A stretch of 64,000 nt of DNA from an uncultured Christensenella sp. (lineage in GTDB: Bacteria > Bacillota > Clostridia > Christensenellales > UBA1242). The stretch is taken from the NCBI GenBank assembly GCA_964573405.1, contig CAZNJK010000001.1:29054-93053 (forward strand), read 5' to 3'. The notes beneath the pieces are model-generated. The model did not search any database. It worked only from the letters and a program-made list of their open reading frames with translations, and was not told the origin of the DNA. The translations under genes were made by a program, and so were the position numbers. Shown here piece by piece: positions 36,134 through 48,392 of this stretch; positions within the stretch are counted from its first letter, which is position 1; each line of letters opens with the position of its first letter.

Positions 36134-36952
36134 ATGGTTAAGTTTGATATTGATAAAAAAGGTTATAATACTCAGCAGGTTGAAGATTATATCAACACTC
36201 TTAGTATAAAGTACGAAGAAAAGTTGGCGGAGCAAAAAGACCGAGTTTTTACCATGCGTAACGAACTTAATGTGATGAAACAGCGCTTAGAGAGTTATCA
36301 AAATAAGGACAAACAAATTTCGCAAGCGCTAGTTTTTGCGGTTGAGAAGGCTGGACAAATTGAGAATAGTGCTAGAAAATTGTACGATTTGGAAATTAAA
36401 CGAATTAACATCTTATATGACCACTGGAAAGTGATTATGGACGAAATAGAGCGTCTTTATGGAAAAATGGACGACGAACATCTAATTGGGCTTATACAAG
36501 ATTTTAAAAGGGGACTAGATAGCGTAATGAAGCAAAATGTAGATATTACGCAATCAAATATTAAGCAAGAATTAAAGTCGAATAGCGACAATTATATTAA
36601 GAATTTGCTTAACAAAATGGATTATGTAATCAACGACAAATCCAAGAAAAAAACAGAGCCTAAGAAAAAGGCTGAAGCTCAAAACGACGCAGAGAAGCCC
36701 AATATTGGTAATAGACTACAACTTATAAGCAATAGACTTCAAGGCAAAACTGCAGATAAGTACTTAAACGATGAAAAAGACCTAGAAAAAAGTGCGTTTG
36801 CAAATAATTTTGTGAAAAAATCAAAATATCCAAAGCCTAATGAGTCGGGGTTTGATTTGGAAGACGCACTCAATCCAAAGGAAGATTTGGATGAGATTAT
36901 GAAGGCTTTTGACTTCTTTATTCCAGAGAAAGATAAAAAGAAGGTTAATTAA
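36134..36952 (+). CDS. DivIVA domain coiled-coil protein
   Basis: FDIDKKGYNTQQVEDYI N-terminal signature followed by coiled coil. Confidence 0.75.
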   Translation: MVKFDIDKKGYNTQQVEDYINTLSIKYEEKLAEQKDRVFTMRNELNVMKQRLESYQNKDKQISQALVFAVEKAGQIENSARKLYDLEIKRINILYDHWKVIMDEIERLYGKMDDEHLIGLIQDFKRGLDSVMKQNVDITQSNIKQELKSNSDNYIKNLLNKMDYVINDKSKKKTEPKKKAEAQNDAEKPNIGNRLQLISNRLQGKTADKYLNDEKDLEKSAFANNFVKKSKYPKPNESGFDLEDALNPKEDLDEIMKAFDFFIPEKDKKKVN

Positions 36953-37870
36953 TTGGAAAAATATGATGTTGTGGTAGTCGGTGGCGGTCCAGCGGGATTG
37001 ACCGCTTGCATATATGCGTTGCGTGGCGGATGCTCAGTATTGCTTGTAGAAAGTTCTATGATTGGAGGTCAGTGTGTGTGGTCCAATCGTATAGAGAATT
37101 TCCCCGGAATTAATAATGTGTCGGGTAGTGAATTAGGGCTAAATATGTTGCAACAAGCGGAGAACTTAGGCTTGAAAGTTATATATGATTCGGTGATCAA
37201 AATCGACCTTAAAAACAAACAGATTGCCACCAATTCAAGCCAGTTTCAAGCAGTTTGCATAATACTTGCAATGGGGTCAAAATCAAGAACTCTAGGGGTC
37301 AAAAACGAAGACGAAAAAGTGGGTAATGGAATTCACTATTGTGCTACCTGTGACGGCCACTTTTATAAAGATAAAGATGTTGTGGTGGTTGGCGGTGGCA
37401 ATACTGCGGTCGAAGATGTATTTTATTTAATCAACATTTGCAAAAGTGTGACGCTAGTGAGTAAATATCCCGAGTTGAAGTGTCAAGAAATGTATAAGTC
37501 GGAAATTGAAAAATTAAAAAAGACTAACAAACTTTCGACCATTATGAATGCAACAATAACTGGGATTTTGGGTGATGATAAGGTCAACGGAGTGGAAATT
37601 TCCACTGAGAACGGCACAAAAAGAGTTGATACATCGGCAATATTTGTTGCGGTAGGGCATACTCCAAATGTGGAACTGGTAAAAGGGCAGATTCGCCTTT
37701 CTGAAAGTGGGTACATTGCGAGTGATGAGAGAATGCATACAAGCGAAAGTGGTGTATTTGTGGCGGGGGATGTAAGAGAAAAACCGCTAAGGCAGATTAT
37801 TACCGCATGCTCCGACGGGGCAATAGCGGGCAATGAAGCCAGTATATATGTAAACAACAAAAGAAGGTGA
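36953..37870 (+). CDS. trxB: Thioredoxin reductase
   Basis: GGGPAGL, YCATCDG, GGGNTAVE, FVAGDV. Confidence 0.95.
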   Translation: MEKYDVVVVGGGPAGLTACIYALRGGCSVLLVESSMIGGQCVWSNRIENFPGINNVSGSELGLNMLQQAENLGLKVIYDSVIKIDLKNKQIATNSSQFQAVCIILAMGSKSRTLGVKNEDEKVGNGIHYCATCDGHFYKDKDVVVVGGGNTAVEDVFYLINICKSVTLVSKYPELKCQEMYKSEIEKLKKTNKLSTIMNATITGILGDDKVNGVEISTENGTKRVDTSAIFVAVGHTPNVELVKGQIRLSESGYIASDERMHTSESGVFVAGDVREKPLRQIITACSDGAIAGNEASIYVNNKRR

Positions 37871-37874
37871 GAAG

Positions 37875-38549
37875 ATGTTTCCAATAAGTAAAAATTGGTA
37901 CAATTTGCTTGAAAGTGAGTTTAATAGCGAGAAATACAAACAATTTTCCGCTTGGTTAAATGACGAGTACAATAGTTATACAATCTACCCAAAGCCCGAA
38001 AATGTCTTTAATGCGCTTAATTTAGTCCCTTATGACAAGGTTAAGGTTGTTATCATCGGTCAAGACCCATATCATGGCGAAAATCAAGCACACGGGCTTT
38101 CGTTTTCGGTGGAGAAGGATGTTAATATTCCGCCATCGTTAAGGAATATATATAAAGAACTTCAAACGGACGAAAATTGTTACATTCCAAATAACGGGAA
38201 TTTGACGAAATGGGCAAAGCAAGGGGTTTTGCTCCTAAATAGCGTACTTACGGTGCGTGCTGGCAATCCCAATAGTCATAAGGGGAAAGGCTGGGAGCAA
38301 ATTACATCAAAAATTGTTGAGTTGTTAAATGCTCGTGAAGACCCCGTTATATTTATGCTGTGGGGTGGCAATGCAAAGGCTCTTTGCAAAAATATAGCAA
38401 GTAGACATCTAGTTTTGACCGCTGTACATCCTAGTCCAATGAGTGCCAATCAAGGCGGGTGGTTTGGATGCAAGCATTTTAGCAAGGCGAATGAATTTTT
38501 GGCAAAAAACAACAAAACACCTATTGACTGGCAGATTGAAAACATATAA
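37875..38549 (+). CDS. ung: Uracil-DNA glycosylase (family 1)
   Basis: IIGQDPYH, PPSLRNIYKEL, QGVLLLN, HPSPMS. Confidence 0.98.
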   Translation: MFPISKNWYNLLESEFNSEKYKQFSAWLNDEYNSYTIYPKPENVFNALNLVPYDKVKVVIIGQDPYHGENQAHGLSFSVEKDVNIPPSLRNIYKELQTDENCYIPNNGNLTKWAKQGVLLLNSVLTVRAGNPNSHKGKGWEQITSKIVELLNAREDPVIFMLWGGNAKALCKNIASRHLVLTAVHPSPMSANQGGWFGCKHFSKANEFLAKNNKTPIDWQIENI

Positions 38550-38569
38550 AATAATATTAGGAGGCACTT

Positions 38570-39136
38570 ATGAGATTTTTACTAGACGGTTCGGACGTAT
38601 ATATTTCCCTAGCAATTATTGTGGTGGGGTTTGTAGTGGCACTTGCGACATATTTTGGAATTAAAAAGCACAATTTTGGCGGAAACAAAAAGAAGAAGGC
38701 AAAGGGAAGCCTAGAAGTTGAATTGAAAAAAGAATTTGCTAGTGAAGAGGAAATGAAACTTCTAGAGTACATTCATAAAGCCCTTCCTAAGGATTTTATT
38801 GCATTCCCAAGGGTAGGGGTTGACCAAATAGTGAGCCCAACGAAAAATCTTGTAGCATACAATTCCATAATGAGTAAATATGTCGATATTTGTATTTTCT
38901 TAAGAAAAACAATGGAGCCGGTGCTTGTAATTGATATTTTGTGGGATAATCAAGCGAAACAACAATTTGTAGATATGGATATGAATGTTGTGGATGTATT
39001 AAAGGCGGTAAAATTAAAAGTTGTTAAAGTGAAAGTTGAGCCCGCTTACGACATTCCGTCATTAAGAAAGACTCTTCTTAATGCTCTTCCTGACAAGGTT
39101 GTTGCAATGCTAAAGAGCGATTACATAAATAACTAA
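38570..39136 (+). CDS. DUF2726-like protein with N-terminal TM
   Basis: AFPRVGVDQIV...KYVDICIF...PVLVID pattern. Confidence 0.6.
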   Translation: MRFLLDGSDVYISLAIIVVGFVVALATYFGIKKHNFGGNKKKKAKGSLEVELKKEFASEEEMKLLEYIHKALPKDFIAFPRVGVDQIVSPTKNLVAYNSIMSKYVDICIFLRKTMEPVLVIDILWDNQAKQQFVDMDMNVVDVLKAVKLKVVKVKVEPAYDIPSLRKTLLNALPDKVVAMLKSDYINN

Positions 39137-39194
39137 TAATTTTAAAAGAAAAATAAAAAGAGTGAACATATATTCACTCTTTTTTGTAGTCAAA

Positions 39195-39466
39195 AAAACC
39201 GCACAACCTTTTTTGTTGGGACTAAAACAATACAATTTACTAAATAAAACTCCTCTAAAGTTACCTTGTGGCACATACTTACATCTATTTAATGCTGCTG
39301 TCTTCCGACCCTGACATGGTTCGTAGCAAAATATTGCACAAGACCTTAAATTCAACATTCTACTTAGTAGTTGAAATTGTTCCGTTTTCCACCGAGAAAG
39401 GTGTTCAGCCCCGCATATAGTGGGTTTCGGGAATAGGGCACCACTAGCTCCCCGCTTAGTACGGTT
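39195..39466 (-). ncRNA. ffs: Signal recognition particle RNA, large (Alu-containing) Firmicute type
   Basis: Minus strand: 5' CCGTACTAAGCGGGAGCTAGTGGTGCCC (Alu domain), domain IV GAACCATGTCAGGGTCGGAAGACAGCAGCATTAA, 3' GTGCGGTTT pairing with 5' end; promoter TTGATT, 17 bp, TATAAT at 39499-39471. Confidence 0.95.
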
Positions 39467-39596
39467 TAATTATTATAAGGCAAAGTCTGAAAAAAATCAA
39501 GTGTATTTTATTATTTTGGATTAAATAAAAACAACCGATATTAAAAAAGTGTCAAAACTTGTTGAATTTTTTTTAAAATCGGCTGTTTTTTTATAA

Positions 39597-40370
39597 TTAT
39601 CTTACTAAAATGTCTGTTTTGTCGTGGAAATAGAATTCGCCGTAATACTCAGGATACTTATTCTTAATATCGTCTTGATTTACTTCCATAGAGATGTTTC
39701 GATTGTCTTTTAATCTATAATTAGAGTTTACTTTAAAACCTAATTTTTTGTAAATATTGGCCAAAGAATCAATTCTTACGGGGTCCGAAGTCGGCCTTTC
39801 TGGTGAAATTTGGTGTACTCGCTCGGTTAGTTTTTGATAGTCTGGGTCGCCAAAATTAAAGTTGTCAAGCGGGCTCATTTTTGCGGTAATTATGTCGTAC
39901 CCGTTGGTGGTTGTTTCGTTTTTTAGTTCGTTAATCATCTCTCTTGCAAGCCCTAAGCCTCTATAATAATGATGAACTTTAAGCACGCTTAGGTGATTGA
40001 TGGTGGGGGACAATAGGTTAATATAATCCATTTTGTCTATAAGATTGAGTCTTGTCCCTACTGGAGAATCGGTGTATGCAGTGTAATTTTTTAGATTTTC
40101 CATAAAATATTCCTTTCTCTGTTCGGGCGAAAGGGTGCTTAGGTCGACATTATTTAGTTTTTTGTCTCGCTTTAGTATGTATAGTTCCACATCGCTAATT
40201 TTTGCTCGTACGGTTACATTCTTTTGCATCAACATCATCTCATTAAGTTTTGGGACATAGAAAAAATTAGGTCTAGTTTCGACCAACTTTTTACGGCTAG
40301 TAGCATAGTCTTTTTTATTTTGTGCGGTTATTCTTTCAATATAATCTTGTACTAATTCAACCTTTTCCAT
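39597..40370 (-). CDS. GNAT-like acetyltransferase
   Basis: LKVHHYYRGLGLAREMI (R/QxxGxG/A acetyl-CoA motif), NIYKKLGF. Confidence 0.65.
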   Translation of the reverse strand: MEKVELVQDYIERITAQNKKDYATSRKKLVETRPNFFYVPKLNEMMLMQKNVTVRAKISDVELYILKRDKKLNNVDLSTLSPEQRKEYFMENLKNYTAYTDSPVGTRLNLIDKMDYINLLSPTINHLSVLKVHHYYRGLGLAREMINELKNETTTNGYDIITAKMSPLDNFNFGDPDYQKLTERVHQISPERPTSDPVRIDSLANIYKKLGFKVNSNYRLKDNRNISMEVNQDDIKNKYPEYYGEFYFHDKTDILVR

Positions 40371-40381
40371 TTCAATTGCCC

Positions 40382-41149
40382 CTATTTAAATAAGATAACT
40401 GTTTCGTGGTTTTTGGAATGCTCGGTGTATGATTTTGGATATAAGTCACGATTTTCTTGATTCTCTTTGTTTAAGTCCATAGTCAACTTTTTGTATCCCA
40501 AAGAATATTCATTGTCGGAGATGTCAAAGCCTAGGTGCTCGTATATTTTTAATAAATGCTTGAAGTCGGTGTAAGATTTGCTCTTTAGTAGCCCAGATTT
40601 AAGGGCTAGGTGGTTAATAATCCCGTCAAATAATGGAGTTTCCTTTTTCTTTTCGTAATTTACAAAACTTTTAATGTCAAGCGGAACAATGTCGCCAATG
40701 ATTTTGTCGAACCCGTTGTTGATTGATGCTGATTTAAGTTCGTCAATCAATTTGCTAGCAAAACCTAGGTTTCTGTGTGTATTTGACACTTTCAACAACT
40801 CAAGGAATTGCGAGTCGCGAAATTCGGAGTAGTCCATTCGTGCTACGGCGCTAGGATTGATTCCTATGTATTCATCTTCCGAAGATATGAAGTCTTTGAT
40901 CACATTTTTGTCTTTAAAATCATATTTGTCCATAATTGGATGATCAAGTTCGAAAAAAGATGTTTGACTAGATGGAATGGCGGGAGCGCAACTTATCATC
41001 TTTCGGGCCATTATCAACTTTTTTGCTTTTTTTGAATAAAAGAAGTTAAGTCGAATGTCCTGGTCTATGGCTTCTTCGTTCTTTTCGTTTATTTTATCAA
41101 TGTAATTGCTAAGAATTACTAAATCGTCGTCATTTTTATGTTTTTTCAT
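40382..41149 (-). CDS. GNAT-like acetyltransferase, tandem paralog
   Basis: LKVSNTHRNLGFASKLI, KIYEHLGF. Confidence 0.65.
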   Translation of the reverse strand: MKKHKNDDDLVILSNYIDKINEKNEEAIDQDIRLNFFYSKKAKKLIMARKMISCAPAIPSSQTSFFELDHPIMDKYDFKDKNVIKDFISSEDEYIGINPSAVARMDYSEFRDSQFLELLKVSNTHRNLGFASKLIDELKSASINNGFDKIIGDIVPLDIKSFVNYEKKKETPLFDGIINHLALKSGLLKSKSYTDFKHLLKIYEHLGFDISDNEYSLGYKKLTMDLNKENQENRDLYPKSYTEHSKNHETVILFK

Positions 41150-41271
41150 ATTTACCCCTCTTAAATGTAAGATAATTATATCATCTTATTTAACAAATTT
41201 CAATAGGGTATTTAATTTTATTTTGAATTTAAAATCATTTGTGTTAGACTAAACAAAATAAGGAGAATTGT

Positions 41272-41991
41272 ATGGGAAATAACAATGCTTTAAGATTTAT
41301 AAATTGCTACAATCAAATAGAGCAAGCGTTGAAACAACAGAACAATCTAAAACCTAATTTGAGTTATACCGAGACCATTCACTTGTCGGCAAGGTCTAAC
41401 TCGATTGTAAAAAAATATGAAGACGATTTGGTGGATTACGGTCGTCTTAGAAATTCAATTGTGCATAGTAGCAACGAAAATCATGTGATTGCCGACCCAC
41501 ACGATGAAGTAGTGGAAAAGTACGAGAAGATTGCTGACCTTATATGCTCGCCACCGCTTGCAATGAGTACGGTATGTGTGAAAGATGTAAAGTGTGTGGA
41601 TAGTACGATGCCGTTGAAGGATGTGCTTGTGCTTATGTACAAGACCGGTTTTAGCAATTTTCCGGTGTATCACGAAGGGATGCTTGTGGGGGTGGCGAAT
41701 GCATCAAAACTTGCGAGAATGTTGGGGCAAAAATTGTACAACAAAGAAGATCCATGCGATGTATATGAGATGCCTATTGCAAAACTTGTGGCAAATTCGG
41801 TGCAAGATAACTTTTATGCGATTGCAGATAAGAATGTTACATTGGATAAGGTCCTTAATCTTTTCAACGAGAATAGAAAACTTATGATGATTCTTATCAC
41901 ACCGAAGGGGACGCTCCTAGAAATGCCTATTGGCATAATTACGGTGGCGGATATTTTGGACATTAATAAAGTTTTGGAAAATTATGAATAG
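41272..41991 (+). CDS. CBS domain protein
   Basis: TGFSNFPVY..G.LVG and ILITPKG...PIGIITVADI CBS pair. Confidence 0.85.
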   Translation: MGNNNALRFINCYNQIEQALKQQNNLKPNLSYTETIHLSARSNSIVKKYEDDLVDYGRLRNSIVHSSNENHVIADPHDEVVEKYEKIADLICSPPLAMSTVCVKDVKCVDSTMPLKDVLVLMYKTGFSNFPVYHEGMLVGVANASKLARMLGQKLYNKEDPCDVYEMPIAKLVANSVQDNFYAIADKNVTLDKVLNLFNENRKLMMILITPKGTLLEMPIGIITVADILDINKVLENYE

Positions 41992-41993
41992 GG

Positions 41994-42022
41994 TTGACAT
42001 AACTTTTTTGAAGATGTATAAT
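41994..42022 (+). promoter_or_regulatory. Consensus sigma-A promoter of ileS leader
   Basis: TTGACA, 17 bp, TATAAT. Confidence 0.9.
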
Positions 42023-42044
42023 ACAATTAGTTTAATATAAAAAT

Positions 42045-42285
42045 GCAACGATGAAGGACACGGTCTATAGAAACATCAATTTAAAGAGAGCAAGTGGGTG
42101 GTGAAAACTTGCAATTGACCCTATAGATTATCACCTTTTAGCAGAGCCGACCAAAGGGCAACCGAGTAATTGGCTACGGGGGTTTCCCGTTATAGAAACC
42201 TTATGTGATAGCATAATGTTATAAAGTGGTAAAATGCTTGTTTTTTTAGTGTTTCTTTATAGCACGAGAAAAGCAAGTTTTTTTA
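42045..42285 (+). promoter_or_regulatory. T-box riboswitch (Ile specifier)
   Basis: AGAGA and GGTGG stem I motifs, ATC specifier at 42130-32, CCGTTA, AAAG-TGGTAAA-ATGCT antiterminator, terminator with U-run at 42278-84. Confidence 0.88.
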
Positions 42286-42308
42286 TAAAAACAAAAGGAG
42301 ATAAATGT

Positions 42309-45300
42309 ATGTATAACAAAGTAAACGAACTCAATTTGCCTAGAGAAGAAGAAAAAGTCTTAGAATTTTGGAAAGAACACGACATTAAGAAAAAATGTCT
42401 TAACCTTAACAAGGACGGCAAAATTTTCAGTTTTTTTGAAGGTCCGCCTACAGCAAATGGTCAGCCACATGCTGGGCACGTTTTGACTAGGTCGCTAAAG
42501 GATGTATTTACACGATACAAAAGTATGAAAGGCTTTTTCGTTCCAAGAAAAGGTGGCTGGGATACTCACGGGCTTCCGGTAGAGATTGCGGTTGAGAAAG
42601 AAATCGGAATAAGCGGGAAGAAGGCTATTGAAGAGTATGGTGTGGAGAAATTTATTGATGCGTGCAAAAAAGACGTATGGAAATATGTCGATTTGTGGAA
42701 GACCTTTTCAAATAGAATAGGCTACAACATCAATATGGAAGATGATTACTACGTAACATATCACGATGACTACATCGAGTCGGTGTGGTGGAGTTTGAAA
42801 GAACTTGATAAGAAAGGGTTGTTGTATAAGGGCTACAAGGTTCAACCGTCTTGCCCTAAATGTGGCACAAGCCTATCAAGTCACGAGGTTGCACAAGGCT
42901 ACAAAGAGCGTAAAGACACGACCGTTGTTGCGAAGTTTAAATCGCTTGACTTTGACAACACATATTATCTTGCTTGGACAACCACTCCTTGGACATTGCC
43001 TAGCAACATAGCACTTTGTGTAAATCCAAATGAGAGTTATGTAAAGTTGGAGTGCGGTGGGGTTAATTATATATTGGCAGAAGCACTTGTTGATACACAT
43101 TTTAAAGATAAAGAATATGTCGTAAAAGAAAAATATGTAGGAAAAGATTTAGAATACAAAAAGTATGAGCCATTATTTGATTTCTTGACCGAAACGGAAA
43201 AGTCGAAAGGATATTTTGTGACTTGCGACAATTATGTAACATTGACTGACGGAACGGGAATTGTTCACATTGCGCCAGGTTATGGTGAAGATGACGCAAA
43301 TGTGGGCAGAAAATACAATTTGCCATTCGTTCAACTTGCAAATAAATATGGCAAATTCGAAAAGAATTGTGGAAAATATGCTGGGCTAGATGTATTTGAA
43401 ACCAACGAACAAATTGCTGAAGATTTAAAAGCAGAAGGCAAAATCTTCAAGATTCAAAAACATATCCACGAGTATCCGCACTGCTGGAGATGTAAGTCGC
43501 CATTAATGTATTTTGCTCGTGATGGGTGGTTTGTAAAGACTACTGCTATAAAGGAGCAATTGATAAACAACAATCAAGACATTAACTGGATACCCGACAC
43601 TGTGAAAAACGGCCGTATGGGTGGCTGGCTTGAGAATGTGATTGATTGGGGTATTTCTCGTGATAGATATTGGGGAACACCGCTACCAGTATGGAAATGT
43701 GAATGTGGCGAATATCATGTAGTGGGAAGCAAGGCGGAACTTAGAGAACTTGGCGGACTAAAGAGCGACATCGAACTACACAAGCCGTATGTGGACAATG
43801 TAAAAATCAAATGTCCAAAATGTGGCAAGATGATGACTAGAGAAAGCGAAGTAATTGATGCTTGGTACGATAGCGGGAGTATGCCTTTTGCACAATTCCA
43901 TTATCCTTTTGAGAATAAGGAAGTATTTGAGAAGCGTTTCCCTGCTGATTATATAGGCGAAGGGCAAGACCAATGCCGTGGCTGGTTCTATACATTGCAA
44001 GTTTTGGGTGCGGGATTGTTTGGGAAAGCACCATTCAAGAACTGTTTGGTTAATGGACTAGTTGTTGATGAAAATGGCGTAAAACTTTCAAAATCATTAG
44101 GAAATTATAGACCGCCTATGGAGATAATTGGTGAAGCGGGGGCTGATGCTGTAAGATGGTCCTTCTATAGTAGCAATCAACCTTGGAACAACCAAGTAAT
44201 GACGGTAAATAGTGCAAAAGAAACCGTAAAGAAGTATTTTGGGACATTGTGGAATACGTATGCGTTCTTCGTGCTTTATGCGGATATAGACAAGTTCGAC
44301 CCTAGCAAGTATGACATCAAGGACTGCAAATTGTCGGTTATGGATAAGTGGATAATATGCGAACTTAACAAACTTATCAAAAATGTGTCGGAACAACTTG
44401 ACGCATTCCACGTAACAGAGGCAAGTAGACTAATGCAAGACTTTATTGACAAACTTTCCAACTGGTATGTAAGGTGTGGAAGAGAGCGATATTGGGGGAG
44501 CGACTTTAGTGAAGACAAGAAGTCGGCGTATGTTACTTTGTGGACAGTGCTAGTGACTTATGCAAAAATGTCTGCACCATTTACGCCATTTATGAGTGAA
44601 ACGATATATCAAAATTTAGTTGTTCCTTTCTTTAAAGACGCGGAAGAGAGTGTTCATTTGACTAGTTATCCGGAAGCGGATGAGAACTTGATTGATGAAA
44701 AACTAAGCGAAGATATGACCCTTGTATATGCTTATACAGAACTTGGTAGATGTGCTAGAAATAGTGCAAACATAAAGAATAGACAACCGCTTGGAGCAAT
44801 ATATTTGACAGATACCGCTAAAACATCGTTGTTGGACGAATTGCTTGCAATCTTAAAGAAAGAGTTGAATGTAAAAGCGGTTAGTCAAAACGAAGATTTG
44901 TCGCAATTTGTAAATTATGTATTGAAGCCACAACTTAAGACTTTAGGGCCAAAATATGGTAAATTAATCAATCAAATAAGAGAATATTTGAATAGTTGTG
45001 ATACGAATTTGGTGATGGCGGATATTAAGAATGCTGGCGTACACAAGGCAAACTTGAACGGCGAAGATATTGAGTTTAGTGAAAATGATTTGCTTGTTTC
45101 AGTAACGCAAAAGGACGGATATTGCAGTAGCGTAAGTGACAATCTTGGCGTAATTCTTGACACGAAACTAACTAAAGAACTTTTGGAAGAGGGTATTGTA
45201 AGAGAATTTGTGAGCCGTGTTCAGAATTTAAGAAAAGCATCCGATTTTGTGGTTACCGATAGAATTGTAATCAGTGTAAAGGGTGATGAAAATCTTGAAA

Positions 45301-45437
45301 GCATTATATTAAAATATAAAGAAAGCATTAAAAACGATGTTCTAGCAATTGACATTAGTGTAGGTCAAAATGGCGATTTCGGTGAAGAATTTGCATTGGG
45401 TGAAAGCACCATTATGGCATATATTTCAAGGGTGTAG
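42309..45437 (+). CDS. ileS: Isoleucine--tRNA ligase, type 2 (eukaryote-like)
   Basis: EGPPTANG.PHAGH, GWDTHGLPVE, WTTTPWTLP, DWGISRDRYWGTPLP, KLSKS; type 2 C-terminal domain (LGPKYGK, EGIVREFVSRVQNLRK); track start 42234 lies inside the T-box. Confidence 0.98.
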   Translation: MYNKVNELNLPREEEKVLEFWKEHDIKKKCLNLNKDGKIFSFFEGPPTANGQPHAGHVLTRSLKDVFTRYKSMKGFFVPRKGGWDTHGLPVEIAVEKEIGISGKKAIEEYGVEKFIDACKKDVWKYVDLWKTFSNRIGYNINMEDDYYVTYHDDYIESVWWSLKELDKKGLLYKGYKVQPSCPKCGTSLSSHEVAQGYKERKDTTVVAKFKSLDFDNTYYLAWTTTPWTLPSNIALCVNPNESYVKLECGGVNYILAEALVDTHFKDKEYVVKEKYVGKDLEYKKYEPLFDFLTETEKSKGYFVTCDNYVTLTDGTGIVHIAPGYGEDDANVGRKYNLPFVQLANKYGKFEKNCGKYAGLDVFETNEQIAEDLKAEGKIFKIQKHIHEYPHCWRCKSPLMYFARDGWFVKTTAIKEQLINNNQDINWIPDTVKNGRMGGWLENVIDWGISRDRYWGTPLPVWKCECGEYHVVGSKAELRELGGLKSDIELHKPYVDNVKIKCPKCGKMMTRESEVIDAWYDSGSMPFAQFHYPFENKEVFEKRFPADYIGEGQDQCRGWFYTLQVLGAGLFGKAPFKNCLVNGLVVDENGVKLSKSLGNYRPPMEIIGEAGADAVRWSFYSSNQPWNNQVMTVNSAKETVKKYFGTLWNTYAFFVLYADIDKFDPSKYDIKDCKLSVMDKWIICELNKLIKNVSEQLDAFHVTEASRLMQDFIDKLSNWYVRCGRERYWGSDFSEDKKSAYVTLWTVLVTYAKMSAPFTPFMSETIYQNLVVPFFKDAEESVHLTSYPEADENLIDEKLSEDMTLVYAYTELGRCARNSANIKNRQPLGAIYLTDTAKTSLLDELLAILKKELNVKAVSQNEDLSQFVNYVLKPQLKTLGPKYGKLINQIREYLNSCDTNLVMADIKNAGVHKANLNGEDIEFSENDLLVSVTQKDGYCSSVSDNLGVILDTKLTKELLEEGIVREFVSRVQNLRKASDFVVTDRIVISVKGDENLESIILKYKESIKNDVLAIDISVGQNGDFGEEFALGESTIMAYISRV

Positions 45438-45445
45438 GTGGATAT

Positions 45446-46126
45446 ATGAATTTAGATGTTTTGTATGAAGATAATCATTTAATAGTAGTGCTAAAGCCGC
45501 AGAATATCCCCACACAAGAAGATAGTAGTGGCGATAAAGATATGCTAACAATGGTGAAAGAGTACATTAAAGAAAAGTACAATAAGCCAGGGGAAGCATA
45601 TGTGGGGCTAGTCCATAGGCTTGACCGCCCAACAGGTGGGGTGATGGTTTTTGCAAAAACAAGCAAGTCGGCTAGCAGACTAAGTGAACAAATTAAAAAT
45701 GGCGATATGTTTAAAAAGTACCTTGCGGTAGTAGAAGGTGCTCCACGACAAGAAAGTGCAAAGTTGGTCAATTATTTGGCGAAAAATGAACGAACAAATA
45801 CAGTATCTGTTGTTCCGCAACTTACTCACAATGCAAAATACGCGGAGTTAAAGTACAAAGTTTTGGATTCAACCGACAAAATGTCACTTGTTGATGTTGA
45901 TTTGGTTACCGGAAGAAGTCATCAAATAAGAGTCCAAATGAAATATATTGGGTGTCCTATAGTAGGTGATGCAAAATATGGAACAAAAAGTGCAACCAAA
46001 AAACTTGCGCTATGGTCATATTATTTAAAATTTGAACATCCGGTAACAAAGAAAAGTATGGTGTTTAAGGTGTATCCACCAGTGGAAACCCCTTGGAACA
46101 AATTTAATATTGAAAACTTAGTTTAA
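45446..46126 (+). CDS. RluA family pseudouridine synthase
   Basis: VHRLDRPTGG, TGRSHQIRV. Confidence 0.95.
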   Translation: MNLDVLYEDNHLIVVLKPQNIPTQEDSSGDKDMLTMVKEYIKEKYNKPGEAYVGLVHRLDRPTGGVMVFAKTSKSASRLSEQIKNGDMFKKYLAVVEGAPRQESAKLVNYLAKNERTNTVSVVPQLTHNAKYAELKYKVLDSTDKMSLVDVDLVTGRSHQIRVQMKYIGCPIVGDAKYGTKSATKKLALWSYYLKFEHPVTKKSMVFKVYPPVETPWNKFNIENLV

Positions 46127-46142
46127 ATATTTTAATTAAAAT

Positions 46143-46176
46143 AAAAAAAGACACAAATCTAATTTGTGTCTTTTTT
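46143..46176. terminator. Bidirectional-type terminator
   Basis: AAAAAAAGACACAAAT...ATTTGTGTCTTTTTT. Confidence 0.75.
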
Positions 46177-46457
46177 ATTCATTTTAAAGAATGCATAATC
46201 TTAACTATGCAAAAGTTTTGAAATGTAAATTATTTAGCAATTTTTTACATATTTGCATAGTAGGGGAATGTGTAGTATAAATATGCGATATAATACATAA
46301 ATATACAATGCAATACAAAAATATGCAAATTCAATTAACTAACATTAATGATTTTATAATTAGGTTAAGTAATGGCAGTTTGTATTTATTTTAATTATAA
46401 GTTTTTTTGATTTTTTATGTAAGGTTGTATTTTTTATTGTACAACTTTTTGTTTTTA

Positions 46458-48300
<1,843 letters not shown>

Positions 48301-48392
48301 ATAATATCTCCTTTTATTATTTAAATATATTTTGTAAAATTTCCAAATTGTAAATATTTTTTGGCTTTGAAAAATATATTTATTACAAGTAT

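Noticed and set aside
39110-39358. 82-aa minus-strand ORF
   Set aside because: Lies inside the SRP RNA gene.
42440-42485. Mupirocin hyper-resistant non-canonical HIGH motif in IleRS2
   Set aside because: Motif is canonical HxGH (HAGH); only ordinary type 2 status can be claimed.
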